From a virus, in the IMG/VR virus record IMGVR_UViG_3300042402_001861, positions 32,001-96,000 of that record: a stretch of DNA of 64,000 bases; one strand, written 5' to 3'. Shown here one piece after another: positions 21,185-30,940 of this stretch. Position 1 is the first letter of the stretch; each line of letters opens with the position of its first letter. A program made the position numbers and the translations under genes. The notes below the pieces were generated by a model, which worked only from the letters and a program-made list of their open reading frames with translations, ran no database searches and was not told where the DNA came from.

Positions 21185-21700
21185 ATGAGCAAAATAAAGA
21201 CAGACATCATCGAACCGGTCGGATCAACGATATCCATCAGCGGCAATGCCAGCATTTCAAATGGTGTGTCTGTTACCGGAAATGGATCATTCAGCGGCAA
21301 GATCACAACTGCAAGCACTACGGGTTCGGATTCATCCACGACATTGACCACCAAGGGGTATGTTGATTCGATCTTCAATCCTCAAGGCGGGGGTCTTTCT
21401 GCCAGTTACACAAAACTTGGAAATATTTACATCCAATATGGACTTGCTGCGCTGGTGGAATTGACTCTTGATACTACCAACAACCATTATGGTCGTGTTG
21501 CATTTGGTCTTACATTTGCATCAGCACCATATTCGATCCAAGTTACTCCAAGATTTAGTGCATACAATGCTCAAGGGGATATCATGGGTCAAGCGGCTTC
21601 TCCGGGAACAACAGGATTTACATTGGTAATAAATGGTGCATCAACTGGGACACTAACGAACTTAGCGGGTGCATATTGGTTTGCGGTAGGACCAGCATAA
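21185..21700 (+). CDS. Small fibre/adhesin-like protein (cassette 2), gp53/H-type-lectin-like C-terminus
   Basis: Shares 'FSGKITTASTTGSDSSTTLTTKGY' with cassette 1; C-terminal 'YTKLGNIYIQYG...FGLTFASAPYSIQVT...AYWFAVG'. Confidence 0.7.
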   Translation: MSKIKTDIIEPVGSTISISGNASISNGVSVTGNGSFSGKITTASTTGSDSSTTLTTKGYVDSIFNPQGGGLSASYTKLGNIYIQYGLAALVELTLDTTNNHYGRVAFGLTFASAPYSIQVTPRFSAYNAQGDIMGQAASPGTTGFTLVINGASTGTLTNLAGAYWFAVGPA

Positions 21701-21728
21701 ATTTGACAACACTAGTTAAAAAACAACT

Positions 21729-21899
21729 ATGAGTAAAATAAAGACAGACATCATCGAACCGGTCGGATCAACGATATCCATCAGCGGCAATGCCAGCCTA
21801 GTATCGGGCACTATTTCTGCAAACGGATATCGCCCGTTGGTACAAATATTCAGATTCGTCGGTGATGGTTATGCTAGTTCCGCCCTGCAAGATATCTAA
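21729..21899 (+). pseudogene. Truncated duplicate of the cassette 2 5' end (56-aa ORF, not in the track)
   Basis: Translates MSKIKTDIIEPVGSTISISGNASLVSG...QDI*. The first 23 codons match 21185-21253 apart from one synonymous change. Confidence 0.7.
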
Positions 21900-21955
21900 A
21901 ACACACATACCCAACTGGCAACAACCGTAAATCTGCACCATAGCGAAAGAAACCA

Positions 21956-22456
21956 ATGAGTACCATCAGAGCAACCAACATCCAACCACAGAGCGACAGC
22001 GATCCTCTTGTCTTTTCCACCAATGCGACGGAGAAGTTGCGTATTCCTTCCACCGGTGCAATTAGTCTCACGGGCGGTGCTACCCTAAGTGGAGGCTTGA
22101 GTGTCACGGGAAATGTGTCCACAAGCGGCAATCTGACTTTGGGAAGTGCAACTCTTTCCACTCCTAGCGGAAATGCACCACTATATGGGGCACGGGCTTG
22201 GGGACAAATTTCTCATACCTCTACTCAATATGGTCAAAATTTTACTGCAACTGTGTCTTCTGGCGTTTATACAGTAACCTTAACAACACCGATGCAAGAC
22301 ACCAATTATGGTGTAATTGCAACCGCTATTGGTACTATACAAACCTGTGCAACAATAGTAAACATAACTAGCGCAAGCCAATTTACAATTAGAGTATTTG
22401 GCGGAACTGATAATTTGAGAACAGATAAAAGTGTTATGTTTGCTGTATTTGCGTAA
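21956..22456 (+). CDS. Small fibre/adhesin-like protein (cassette 3)
   Basis: 'LVFSTNATEKLRIPSTG' N-terminus like cassette 1; C-terminal 'ARAWGQI...SSGVYTVTLTTPMQDTNYGVIAT'. Confidence 0.7.
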   Translation: MSTIRATNIQPQSDSDPLVFSTNATEKLRIPSTGAISLTGGATLSGGLSVTGNVSTSGNLTLGSATLSTPSGNAPLYGARAWGQISHTSTQYGQNFTATVSSGVYTVTLTTPMQDTNYGVIATAIGTIQTCATIVNITSASQFTIRVFGGTDNLRTDKSVMFAVFA

Positions 22457-22499
22457 AATCCATGCTTTAGACAAGCAGTAAATTTATCCATAACACCCA

Positions 22500-22838
22500 A
22501 TGGCAACAACCGTAAATCACGACATGGATCAAGGAACGAACTTTGCGTTCACGATACTCGCAAAGGATGGAAACAACATTCCCATCGATCTCTCGTCGGG
22601 CTATACGGCACACGCACAGATGCGGAAATACTACAGTTCCTCGTCCTATGTGACCCTTACGGCATCAATCACAGGAACAACAGGCAACATCACGGTTTCC
22701 CTTGGTCCGACAGCAACCGCAGCCATCAAGGACGGAACATGGTTCTACGATGTCGAACTTCATTCCAACAACGGATCAACCGTACAGAGAGTCGTTCAGG
22801 GAATGATCACAGTATATCCTGAAGTAACAAAGTTGTAA
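22500..22838 (+). CDS. Small virion structural protein (BppU-like Ig fold)
   Basis: 'MDQGTNFAFTI...PIDLSSGYTAHAQMRKYYSS...ITVSLGPTATAAIK.G.WFYDVEL...RVVQGMITVYPEVT', a type often seen in T4-like cyanophages. Confidence 0.7.
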   Translation: MATTVNHDMDQGTNFAFTILAKDGNNIPIDLSSGYTAHAQMRKYYSSSSYVTLTASITGTTGNITVSLGPTATAAIKDGTWFYDVELHSNNGSTVQRVVQGMITVYPEVTKL

Positions 22839-22856
22839 CAAACACAGCCCTTTATC

Positions 22857-24413
22857 ATGGCATCCATAGCGGGACCAAGAATAATAGAAGATGGCCTGAT
22901 ACTTCATCTTGATGCGGCAAATCCAAGAAGTTACCGTGGCCCTACGGCATTCAATGCTATAAACAGCGCCGTGAATTCATTCCCGATGACTGGGAATTCT
23001 TGGGACACATTTCAAGTAAACCAGTACAACAGCAATCAATATTTCTCCATAGGTGGGGTGCAAGATATCACAAACAACATTGTGACGATGACCGGGCCGC
23101 ATCCTCTGCGTACATATGATGCAGTCCGTCCACAGACTAGCGGCGGGGGAGTCACGGCAGGGATCGATTACTTCGTCAAAAAGATAAGCGCAACAGCCTT
23201 CAGTCTTCATACTTACAGCAATGTGCAGAATGGAACATTGGGGTTTTCGGTTCTTGATCCCATATCAAACGACCAACGACAATCACTCACGGCAACAAAC
23301 TTTCCGACGATGTGGTGGGGAGCGCCACACCTTCCCAACTCCGACACAATCAAGACCATACTTCCAAGAGGATTCGATCTTGAAGGAAGAGTGCATGATT
23401 GTGTTCGCATCAACTGGTTCCGTCCCGATGGAGTCGGCTGCTATCTGACAAGAGGAGGAATGGCATATGGCGTAACCCCTGTCCTAGATGCGGGAACCAC
23501 ATATACATGGTCTTTCTATCACAAGGCAGGAAATGAAAGAAGTCTAGGTCAGACAGGGCAATTCCAGATATATTTCAGCAGCAATGCAACATCAAGATTT
23601 GCTAGTTTCGTGCCCGGAGCGCAATGGAATCGTCTTTCGTTTTCTGCCCAAACTCCAGGAATAACATCATCTACCATCCTGATGTATTGGTTCACAAGCA
23701 CGGGAATATCGATAACATCAGGACTTGCCTACGACATAGCGGAAATACAGGTAGAAAAGAGACTAGATTCTACTCCATTTCTTCCAACAACAAGAGGAAG
23801 CACGGCGGGTTCGGGAGGCGGATTCAATGATCTTACGCCAAGCAACAATCAACTTGAGGTAGTGAATGGAAGCGGGTACACGGCACAGACCGGCGGTGGA
23901 ATTGTCCTTGATGGAATTGATGACTACATCATCACCACGGAAGCAAAGGGTCTTCCTTTAGGGAACAGCAGCAGAACTATTTCGATATGGACAAAGTTTT
24001 CTACACTCAAGAACAATTTTGTGCAACTTGGTAGCGCACCAGATCAAAGGTACATATTTGAATGTGCTGACTTTTCTGGCACGGTATATCTGTTTACCGA
24101 TGGGGTAAATGGAGGAAACAATATAGTCATCAGCGGTTCGGAGATTCCTGCATTGAATGTGTGGAACAATCTTGTTTTCTCGAATAGTGGACAAAATTGG
24201 AAATACTACATCAACGGCTCGTTGGTTAAGTCGGGAACATTCCCGATAACTCTGAATACCGGAGGCAACAAGATATTGGTGGGTGAACGGGACGATATCT
24301 CATATGACAACATGAACGGAACGATTTCGATGGTGTCAATATACAACAGGGCGTTGTCTGATGGGGAAGTCAAGCAGAACTTCAATGCATCAAGAAAGAG
24401 GTTTGGAATCTGA
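22857..24413 (+). CDS. LamG/concanavalin-A-like domain protein 1
   Basis: 'RIIEDGLILHLDAANPRSY' ... 'YNRALSDGEVKQNFNASRKRFGI'. Confidence 0.85.
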   Translation: MASIAGPRIIEDGLILHLDAANPRSYRGPTAFNAINSAVNSFPMTGNSWDTFQVNQYNSNQYFSIGGVQDITNNIVTMTGPHPLRTYDAVRPQTSGGGVTAGIDYFVKKISATAFSLHTYSNVQNGTLGFSVLDPISNDQRQSLTATNFPTMWWGAPHLPNSDTIKTILPRGFDLEGRVHDCVRINWFRPDGVGCYLTRGGMAYGVTPVLDAGTTYTWSFYHKAGNERSLGQTGQFQIYFSSNATSRFASFVPGAQWNRLSFSAQTPGITSSTILMYWFTSTGISITSGLAYDIAEIQVEKRLDSTPFLPTTRGSTAGSGGGFNDLTPSNNQLEVVNGSGYTAQTGGGIVLDGIDDYIITTEAKGLPLGNSSRTISIWTKFSTLKNNFVQLGSAPDQRYIFECADFSGTVYLFTDGVNGGNNIVISGSEIPALNVWNNLVFSNSGQNWKYYINGSLVKSGTFPITLNTGGNKILVGERDDISYDNMNGTISMVSIYNRALSDGEVKQNFNASRKRFGI

Positions 24414-25156
24414 TGGCTCTTTCGCATGGCCCAAGACCAATCACCGATGGACTTGTTGTCTCCCTAGATGCAGCAAATCCAAAGTCATATCCCGGCGCTG
24501 GCTCAACTTGGTATGACATCAGCGGAAACGGAAACAACGCAACCTTGAATTCCGCTGCTTTCAATGTGACCGGAAACTATTTCGAGAACTCTGGGGCGAC
24601 ATCAAATTTTTTCCATCTAATCATATCAAACAGCACGACATTGCAAAATGCATTCGAAAGTCGTTATGGTGGTTGGACAATTGAGGAAACAATCTGGACC
24701 AACAGCGTTACATATCCTGAAGCCGATGCAGGAACCGTCGTGTCCTCAAACGCATATGGAGTGGGAGCAACAGGATTCGATTGGAACCACGGAATAGGGT
24801 TGACGGGATTTAGGTTTGGCATGGGAGTGGGCAATTCCGCAACCTATAGTGTAACCAATGACATAACAATTCCATCTCCATATGATCGGGCAAACATATG
24901 GAGAGTGAGATGCATGGTATGGGATCGATATCTCAACCAGAACAGATTGTACATAGACGGAAATTTGATTGGTTCGGGTTCATCGATTGCCGTTCAAGGC
25001 TTGTCCGTCTATGACGGAGGAGGAATGTCGATAGGAACCTTGTATGGATGGAAGCACTATGGCAGGCGAGCAACATTCAAGGTTTACAACCGCGTACTGA
25101 CATCCACCGAAATAAAGCAGAACTACAGAGCCTTGGGAAGGCGGTTTGTTCAGTAA
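24413..25156 (+). CDS. LamG-like domain protein 2
   Basis: 'PITDGLVVSLDAANPKSYPG' ... 'VYNRVLTSTEIKQNY'. Confidence 0.85.
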   Translation: MALSHGPRPITDGLVVSLDAANPKSYPGAGSTWYDISGNGNNATLNSAAFNVTGNYFENSGATSNFFHLIISNSTTLQNAFESRYGGWTIEETIWTNSVTYPEADAGTVVSSNAYGVGATGFDWNHGIGLTGFRFGMGVGNSATYSVTNDITIPSPYDRANIWRVRCMVWDRYLNQNRLYIDGNLIGSGSSIAVQGLSVYDGGGMSIGTLYGWKHYGRRATFKVYNRVLTSTEIKQNYRALGRRFVQ

Positions 25157-25872
25157 TGGGAATTGCGTACAACACTAGGATAGTGACCAATGGATTAATT
25201 CTGTGCTTGGATGCTGCAAACAGAAAAAGTTATCCCGGCAGCGGGACAACTTGGTTTGACTTGAGTACAAATTCTCTTGCTGGTAATTTTGTCAATGGTG
25301 TTGCATTTGACCCTGCAAATGGAGGCAGTATTGCCTTCGATGGAGCCAATGAGGCAGTTACATTCCCAATGTCAACATTACGGCCTACTAGTCAAATAAC
25401 GCAGGAATGTTGGTTTTCGATATCTCAAAATCAATTTCAGGTATTCATTGGCGCTCAGAGAGGAAGTAGTTTTGACAATTCTTATGTACTTTGGTTAAAT
25501 GGTGCAAATGTATTGGCGGCAGGGATCAATCCTGGAGGTCCAGAAGGGAGCATAAATTTAAACTATCAAACCATAAATTTTACGCTTTCGACAAATAGAT
25601 ACTATCATTTTGTACACACTTACAATGGTTCTACTCAGCAAATCTATATGAATGGAGAAAGTGTTTTTTCTTGGGCGACTACTGGTTCTTTGGTTTATGA
25701 CAACTTGAACACTTTGCTTGCAATAGGAAATGACTGGGGTAGCGGATACGATCAGGGTCTTAACTCTGGTTGTAGGGGGAATCTACCTATAGTTAGGATA
25801 TACAACAGGGCATTGACTCTTTCGGAAATCCGACAAAACTTCAACGGCGTTAGACGAAGGTTTGGCATCTAG
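25156..25872 (+). CDS. LamG-like domain protein 3
   Basis: ATG 25156 overlaps the previous stop (TAATG); 'RIVTNGLILCLDAANRKSYPG' ... 'IYNRALTLSEIRQNFN'. Confidence 0.85.
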   Translation: MGIAYNTRIVTNGLILCLDAANRKSYPGSGTTWFDLSTNSLAGNFVNGVAFDPANGGSIAFDGANEAVTFPMSTLRPTSQITQECWFSISQNQFQVFIGAQRGSSFDNSYVLWLNGANVLAAGINPGGPEGSINLNYQTINFTLSTNRYYHFVHTYNGSTQQIYMNGESVFSWATTGSLVYDNLNTLLAIGNDWGSGYDQGLNSGCRGNLPIVRIYNRALTLSEIRQNFNGVRRRFGI

Positions 25873-25923
25873 TGGACTTGAAAAGAAATTCAGCAACATT
25901 TATAGCATGAGTCAACATCATTG

Positions 25924-25930
25924 CTAAATA
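25924..25930 (+). promoter_or_regulatory. T4-type late promoter box
   Basis: CTAAATA, then GGAG SD and ATG 25960. Confidence 0.7.
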
Positions 25931-25959
25931 CACCTGACCGTTAAACATGGAGATTCAAA

Positions 25960-27153
25960 ATGACGATCACGATTGAGCAGACCACACCTTCCGCCGTAGT
26001 TTCCGCCACGGCTCCCGCAACCACCAACAAGAAGACGAAGACTGTCACGCTGTGCATGATCGTGAAGAACGAAGCACGGGTGATTGAGCGTTGCCTTGCT
26101 TCGGTGCTTCCCATCATCGACCATTGGGTCATCGTGGACACGGGTTCCACGGACGGAACGCAGGAGAAGATCCTGAAGTTCTTTGAGAATGTCGGCATCC
26201 CCGGCGAACTGTACGAGCGTCCGTGGAAGAACTTCGGGCATAACCGCAGCGAGGCACTTCAACTGGCCAAGGACAAGGCCGATTATTCCTACATGATTGA
26301 TGCCGACGAGGTTCTTGTCTTTGAACCCGGCTTTGATCCCGACAAGTTCAAGGAAACACTCAACGCCGACCTGTACAACATCTTTGCACTCTACGGCGGG
26401 ACTCGCTATCACCGTCCGCAGATGACGAGCAACAAGAAGAACTTCTACTACCGTGGCGTACTTCATGAGTATGTCGATTGCCATGATCCAATCGAAACCC
26501 GAGACTTTGCCCGTGGCTTCATGAACACCCCTATTCAGGACGGCAATCGCTCAAGCATGGAGAAGAAGTACGAGCGAGATGCAGAGGTTTTCGAGGAAGC
26601 ACTCAAGGGTGAGGTCGATCCCAAGGACTTCAACCGCTATCACTTCTATCTTGCACAGTCCTATCGCGACTCGCAGCAATGGGAGAAGGCTCTTGCTGCC
26701 TACATGAAGCGGGCGGAACTTGGCGGATGGAACGAGGAAGTATTCTACTCGCTCTATCAGGCAGGACGCATCATGGAAGTTCTGAACAAGAACATCGATG
26801 ACATCATCAAGGTGTACTTCAATGCCTATCAGGCGGCTCCCTATCGTGCAGAGAGCCTTTGGGCCGCTGCCCGTCTTTGCCGCATGAACATCCGTTTCGA
26901 TCAGGCATATACCTTCGCAAAGCAGGGACTCAAGTGCCGTTGCCCCGAAGGTGCCCTGTTCATCGGTGCCCCGATCTACGAGTGGATGTTGCTTGACGAG
27001 TTCGCCATCGCCGCTTACTGGACAGGTCATTTCAAGGAGTCTCGAATGGCTTCGATTCAGTTGCTCAACAGCAACAAGTTCCCTCCCGATCAGAAGGAGA
27101 GAATCGAGATGAACCTCAAGTTTGCAACCGAAGAACTGATGAACGGAGGCTGA
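25960..27153 (+). CDS. Glycosyltransferase family 2 with C-terminal TPR-like repeats
   Basis: 'TLCMIVKNEARVIERCLASV...IVDTGSTDGT', 'IDADE' DxD motif, 'YRGVLHE', helical 'FYLAQSYRD...ALAAYMKR' repeats. Confidence 0.9.
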   Translation: MTITIEQTTPSAVVSATAPATTNKKTKTVTLCMIVKNEARVIERCLASVLPIIDHWVIVDTGSTDGTQEKILKFFENVGIPGELYERPWKNFGHNRSEALQLAKDKADYSYMIDADEVLVFEPGFDPDKFKETLNADLYNIFALYGGTRYHRPQMTSNKKNFYYRGVLHEYVDCHDPIETRDFARGFMNTPIQDGNRSSMEKKYERDAEVFEEALKGEVDPKDFNRYHFYLAQSYRDSQQWEKALAAYMKRAELGGWNEEVFYSLYQAGRIMEVLNKNIDDIIKVYFNAYQAAPYRAESLWAAARLCRMNIRFDQAYTFAKQGLKCRCPEGALFIGAPIYEWMLLDEFAIAAYWTGHFKESRMASIQLLNSNKFPPDQKERIEMNLKFATEELMNGG

Positions 27154-27154
27154 T

Positions 27155-27943
27155 TTGCCTTCCTTTCCCGGTCATTTGATCGGCTCCTCCACCAAGGAAA
27201 CCAACTCCATTCGGTCAACGGTTTCCTTGGGCAAGCCCGCACCTTTCGCTTCCGGCATAGTGGTCTGTGTCGGAAGCGATGGTGTTTTGCGGCCATATGG
27301 CAGGAGAAAGAGCAGCGACCCCATTCTCGGAGTGGTAGAAAGGATTCATCCGCCCATGAACACGGAAGTTGATGTTGTGCATCATGGAATCGTGCATCTT
27401 GCTTTTATTGAAAATGGCAAGACTTATTATCTTCAGGATGATGGTTCCTTGGCAACCAAAGGACATCTTCCTCTTATTCGCGGCATCGGTGAGGGCAAAG
27501 GAATGTTCTCCATTCCACATGAGGGCGTGGGTGCGGGAGTTCCCACGGGAACCATGATGCAAATATGGTCTGATGTCGTTCCCTTGGGATGGCTTGAGTG
27601 CAATGGTTCCTTGGTGTCTGCCAAGCACTATCCTGCATTGTTTGACAGCACAAGAAGTCTCCGTGGAAGCATTCGTCTTTCCGTGATTACTGGTTCACAT
27701 TCCATGCTTTCGCTTTCCTATAACGGGTCCATCCCCGAAGGAACAATTCTGACCATCCCCTTGCATGGAACCGTGCAAGTCCTGTCCTGCAAGGATGGAA
27801 TGATTGTAGTCACATCGGAGAAGGAATTCTCTTGGCTGTCCTGTGCGCCAAACGCCAAGCATGAATTGGTATGCAACGATCCTAACCTGTTCTTCCTGCC
27901 AATACGGTCGGAACCACCGTACAAGTGGATTGTTAAAACCTGA
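27155..27943 (+). CDS. Tail-collar domain protein
   Basis: 'VPTGTMMQIWSDVVPLGWLECNGSLVSAKHYPALF'. Confidence 0.7.
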   Translation: MPSFPGHLIGSSTKETNSIRSTVSLGKPAPFASGIVVCVGSDGVLRPYGRRKSSDPILGVVERIHPPMNTEVDVVHHGIVHLAFIENGKTYYLQDDGSLATKGHLPLIRGIGEGKGMFSIPHEGVGAGVPTGTMMQIWSDVVPLGWLECNGSLVSAKHYPALFDSTRSLRGSIRLSVITGSHSMLSLSYNGSIPEGTILTIPLHGTVQVLSCKDGMIVVTSEKEFSWLSCAPNAKHELVCNDPNLFFLPIRSEPPYKWIVKT

Positions 27944-27960
27944 CCCATCGATTTCAAAGT

Positions 27961-27967
27961 CTAAATA
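27961..27967 (+). promoter_or_regulatory. T4-type late promoter box
   Basis: CTAAATA, then GGAGG and ATG 27984. Confidence 0.75.
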
Positions 27968-27983
27968 GCATCGGAGGATTCCG

Positions 27984-28802
27984 ATGGCTGTAGTAAACAC
28001 TAGGCAGAAACTTGTGGATTATTGCCTGCGCCAACTTGGTTCGCCGGTCGTTCAGATCAATGTTGATGACGAGCAGATCGATGACCGTGTGGACGATGCC
28101 ATGCGCTTCATGTCGGAATACCATTTTGATAAAGTTGAAAGAGTCTACCTGAAGTACAAGTTGACTCAGGCAGACATCGACCGCAAGTACCTGTTGCTCG
28201 AAAGCGACAACACCGAGAGCCTTTCCGCCGATGATCGTTTGCAGACAATCACCGAGGAAGGGCAGTCCGGCACCGTTCCCATCGACAACCTGATTACGAG
28301 CGTCACCCGAATTTTCCATATCTCGCAGCAGACCATCGACATGTTCGATGTTCGCTATCAGTATGCCCTGAACGATCTTTATACATTCGGAACCATCGAT
28401 CTTGTGCAGTATGACATAACGCAGCAATACCTGTCCTTGCTGCGAATGTTCCTGTCTCCCGACAAGCAAGTGGAGTTCAGCCGTGTTACCAATCGTCTTG
28501 AAATTCACATGGATTGGAAGATCGTCAAGCCGGGTGGATATCTGATCATAGAATGCTATCGAATCCTTGACCCCCGTGTATACCCCGAGATATACGAAGA
28601 TCGTATGCTCAAGAAATACCTGACATCTCTAATCAAGAGACAATGGGGCATCAACATGAGCAAGTACAGCGGAATCAAGTTGCCCGGTGATGTCACCCTT
28701 CGTGGCGTTGACATCGTGAACGAGGCACAGAAGGAAGTGGACGAAATCGAAAAGGAAATCATAGCGAAGTACGAACTTCCTGTTGATTTCATGATGGGAT
28801 GA
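27984..28802 (+). CDS. gp13: Neck protein gp13
   Basis: 'TRQKLVDYCLRQLGSPVVQINVDDEQIDDRVDDA', 'LIKRQWGINMSKYSGIKLPG'. Confidence 0.95.
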   Translation: MAVVNTRQKLVDYCLRQLGSPVVQINVDDEQIDDRVDDAMRFMSEYHFDKVERVYLKYKLTQADIDRKYLLLESDNTESLSADDRLQTITEEGQSGTVPIDNLITSVTRIFHISQQTIDMFDVRYQYALNDLYTFGTIDLVQYDITQQYLSLLRMFLSPDKQVEFSRVTNRLEIHMDWKIVKPGGYLIIECYRILDPRVYPEIYEDRMLKKYLTSLIKRQWGINMSKYSGIKLPGDVTLRGVDIVNEAQKEVDEIEKEIIAKYELPVDFMMG

Positions 28803-28803
28803 C

Positions 28804-29676
28804 ATGGCACTAAATCCATACTTCAACAAGTTCAACAATCTTCCTGAGCAAAACCTCATCGAAGACTTGACTATTGAGGCCATCAAGATACATGGCATCG
28901 AGATGTACTACATCCCGAGAACCATGTTGCACAAGGACGATTTGTTTGGCGAAGCGCCGTATTCACGCTTCGCATCATTCAAGATGATAGAGATGTACAT
29001 GGATACGACAACCGCCTTTGAAGGCGGAGACACCTTTACGAAATTTGGCTTTGAAGTGAGAGACAGCGTGAAGTTCACGGTTTCCCGCAAGAGGTTCAAG
29101 CGGGAGACAGGGATGGCTAGACCCATGGAGGGTGATTTGCTTTTTCTGCCCTTGAACAGAGGTCTGTTTGAGATCAAGTTTGTAGAGCATGAGAACCCAT
29201 TCTATCAACTAGGCAAACTTCTTTCGTACCAGATGACTTGTGAATTGTTCCAATACAGCGAGGAGAAGATGAACACCGGAATCCCGGCAATCGATGCAGT
29301 CGAAGAAGTCGCCTTCAAACTTCAACTCACACTAGGAGCAACAGGTGGAACAGGAACTTTTACAAAAGGCGATCTCGTTTACCAGCCTGCGAGTGGGACG
29401 ACTTCGGGAGTCTTTTCGACGGCGGCTGCAAAAGCAACCGTATATGCTTGGAGTGCGTCAGAACCGACAAACCTTGTTCTTGTGGATCCGGTTGGCGGCT
29501 GGAGTCTCACAGGAACAAATCGATTTGTAACCAAGTCGGACAACACAGCATACTACAGAATGGTTGTTGGGGACGAGAAGTTCGGAGAACTCATCGACCA
29601 TACCAACGAGGCCATTCAGGACGAGGCCGACACCTTCGTCAATTTCAGCGAGAAGCATCCTTTCGGAGAGCCATAA
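28804..29676 (+). CDS. gp14: Neck protein gp14
   Basis: 'EQNLIEDLTIEAIKIHG.EMYYIPR', 'RPMEGDLLFLP...LFEIKFVEHENPFYQLGK'. Confidence 0.95.
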   Translation: MALNPYFNKFNNLPEQNLIEDLTIEAIKIHGIEMYYIPRTMLHKDDLFGEAPYSRFASFKMIEMYMDTTTAFEGGDTFTKFGFEVRDSVKFTVSRKRFKRETGMARPMEGDLLFLPLNRGLFEIKFVEHENPFYQLGKLLSYQMTCELFQYSEEKMNTGIPAIDAVEEVAFKLQLTLGATGGTGTFTKGDLVYQPASGTTSGVFSTAAAKATVYAWSASEPTNLVLVDPVGGWSLTGTNRFVTKSDNTAYYRMVVGDEKFGELIDHTNEAIQDEADTFVNFSEKHPFGEP

Positions 29677-29679
29677 GCA

Positions 29680-30459
29680 ATGTTCAGGTATTTCTACCAT
29701 GGAACCATCCGAAAGGCAGTAGTTACCTTCGCGAATCTGTTCAACAATATGTACATCGCAAGGTACGACGAAAACAATGTCGAAGTGGAACGAATCAAGG
29801 TTCCCATTGCCTACGGCCCAAGACAGAAGTTCATTCGTCGCCTTGAGCGCATCGGCACGGACTTCGACCAAGCCAAGGTGAAGTTGGAAAACTACCTGCC
29901 TCGTCTTGCATTTGAGATGCAGAACATCACTTTCGATCCATCCCGAAAGTTGTCTGCCATGAACCAAACAGTAATCTACAATTCGGCAACGAATGCCTTG
30001 CGTAGATACGAAAGAGTTCCATACAACCTAGAACTGTCTTTGAGCATCCTTGCCAAGAACACCGAGGATGCATTGCAGATTTTTGAGCAGATCATCCCGT
30101 ATTTCCAACCCGAATACACGGTGACGGTTGACATGAATCAAACCGACAAGGCGGTATCTGTTCCTGTCGTATTCAAGAACGCCGTGCTTTCGGAAGGAGA
30201 TGACGGAAGTTACGGAGACTATGGTACGAGAAAGGTCACCATCATGACCCTATCGTTCACCATGAAACTGTATCTCTATGGCCCAATCAGCACACAGGGA
30301 ATCATCACATCCTCGCAAGTCAACATGTCAAGTACGGGACTTACCTCGGGGTTCGGTCCATCGGGTTCAGGTACATCTGTGGTTTCCAATGCTGTCACGG
30401 GAGGGGCTACGGGCTGTGGTGCAACAGGCACCGTCAGCAGCAGCACGAATACATACTAA
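29680..30459 (+). CDS. gp15: Tail sheath stabiliser/terminator gp15
   Basis: 'YFYHGTIRKAVVTFANLFNN', 'KVPIAYGPRQKF', 'QIFEQIIPYFQP'. Confidence 0.95.
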   Translation: MFRYFYHGTIRKAVVTFANLFNNMYIARYDENNVEVERIKVPIAYGPRQKFIRRLERIGTDFDQAKVKLENYLPRLAFEMQNITFDPSRKLSAMNQTVIYNSATNALRRYERVPYNLELSLSILAKNTEDALQIFEQIIPYFQPEYTVTVDMNQTDKAVSVPVVFKNAVLSEGDDGSYGDYGTRKVTIMTLSFTMKLYLYGPISTQGIITSSQVNMSSTGLTSGFGPSGSGTSVVSNAVTGGATGCGATGTVSSSTNTY

Positions 30460-30478
30460 TCAAGGGATTTTATGAATC

Positions 30479-30940
30479 ATGAGTGATGTTGATGATAATC
30501 TATCCAATGCATTGAACTTGCCCGAACCAATCAAGGAAACACAAATTGTTCCTCCCGTGGTTGGACCCAAGGAAATAGAGGCACGGGTGGTAAAGCCCGA
30601 TGCCGAGCGTGACTATGCCGAAGTCAGGCAGAATCTCAAGCGCATCATCGAGAAATCCGAAGAGGCCGTAGAGAACATCCTTGAGGTTGCCGTTGAAAGT
30701 CAGAATCCAAGGGCATATGAGGTGGTGGCACAATTGCTTGCGGCATCACTTGAAGCCAACAACAAGTTGATGCATCTGCATCGGCAAATCAAAGACATCA
30801 ACAAGGAAGAACCGGGCAAGACCACGAATGTGACCAACAACAGCATTTTCGTCGGAAACACGGCAGACTTGCAGAAGATGATTCGCAACCTGAATTCCCC
30901 AAAGCAGTTGGAAGAGAAGAAGCCCGACGATGCCTCGTAA
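30479..30940 (+). CDS. gp16: Terminase small subunit gp16
   Basis: 'DYAEVRQNL', 'SQNPRAYEVVAQL', 'TNNSIFVGNTADLQKMI'. Confidence 0.93.
   Translation: MSDVDDNLSNALNLPEPIKETQIVPPVVGPKEIEARVVKPDAERDYAEVRQNLKRIIEKSEEAVENILEVAVESQNPRAYEVVAQLLAASLEANNKLMHLHRQIKDINKEEPGKTTNVTNNSIFVGNTADLQKMIRNLNSPKQLEEKKPDDAS

Noticed and set aside
20539-25872. Diversity-generating retroelement explanation for the repeated fibre and LamG blocks
   Set aside because: No reverse transcriptase in the window; the repeats are at N-terminal anchors and do not show adenine-specific mismatches.
25878-25906. TTGAAA-N17-TATAGC possible sigma70 promoter before the GT2 gene
   Set aside because: The -10 lacks the conserved final T, the region is AT-rich, and a late box explains expression.
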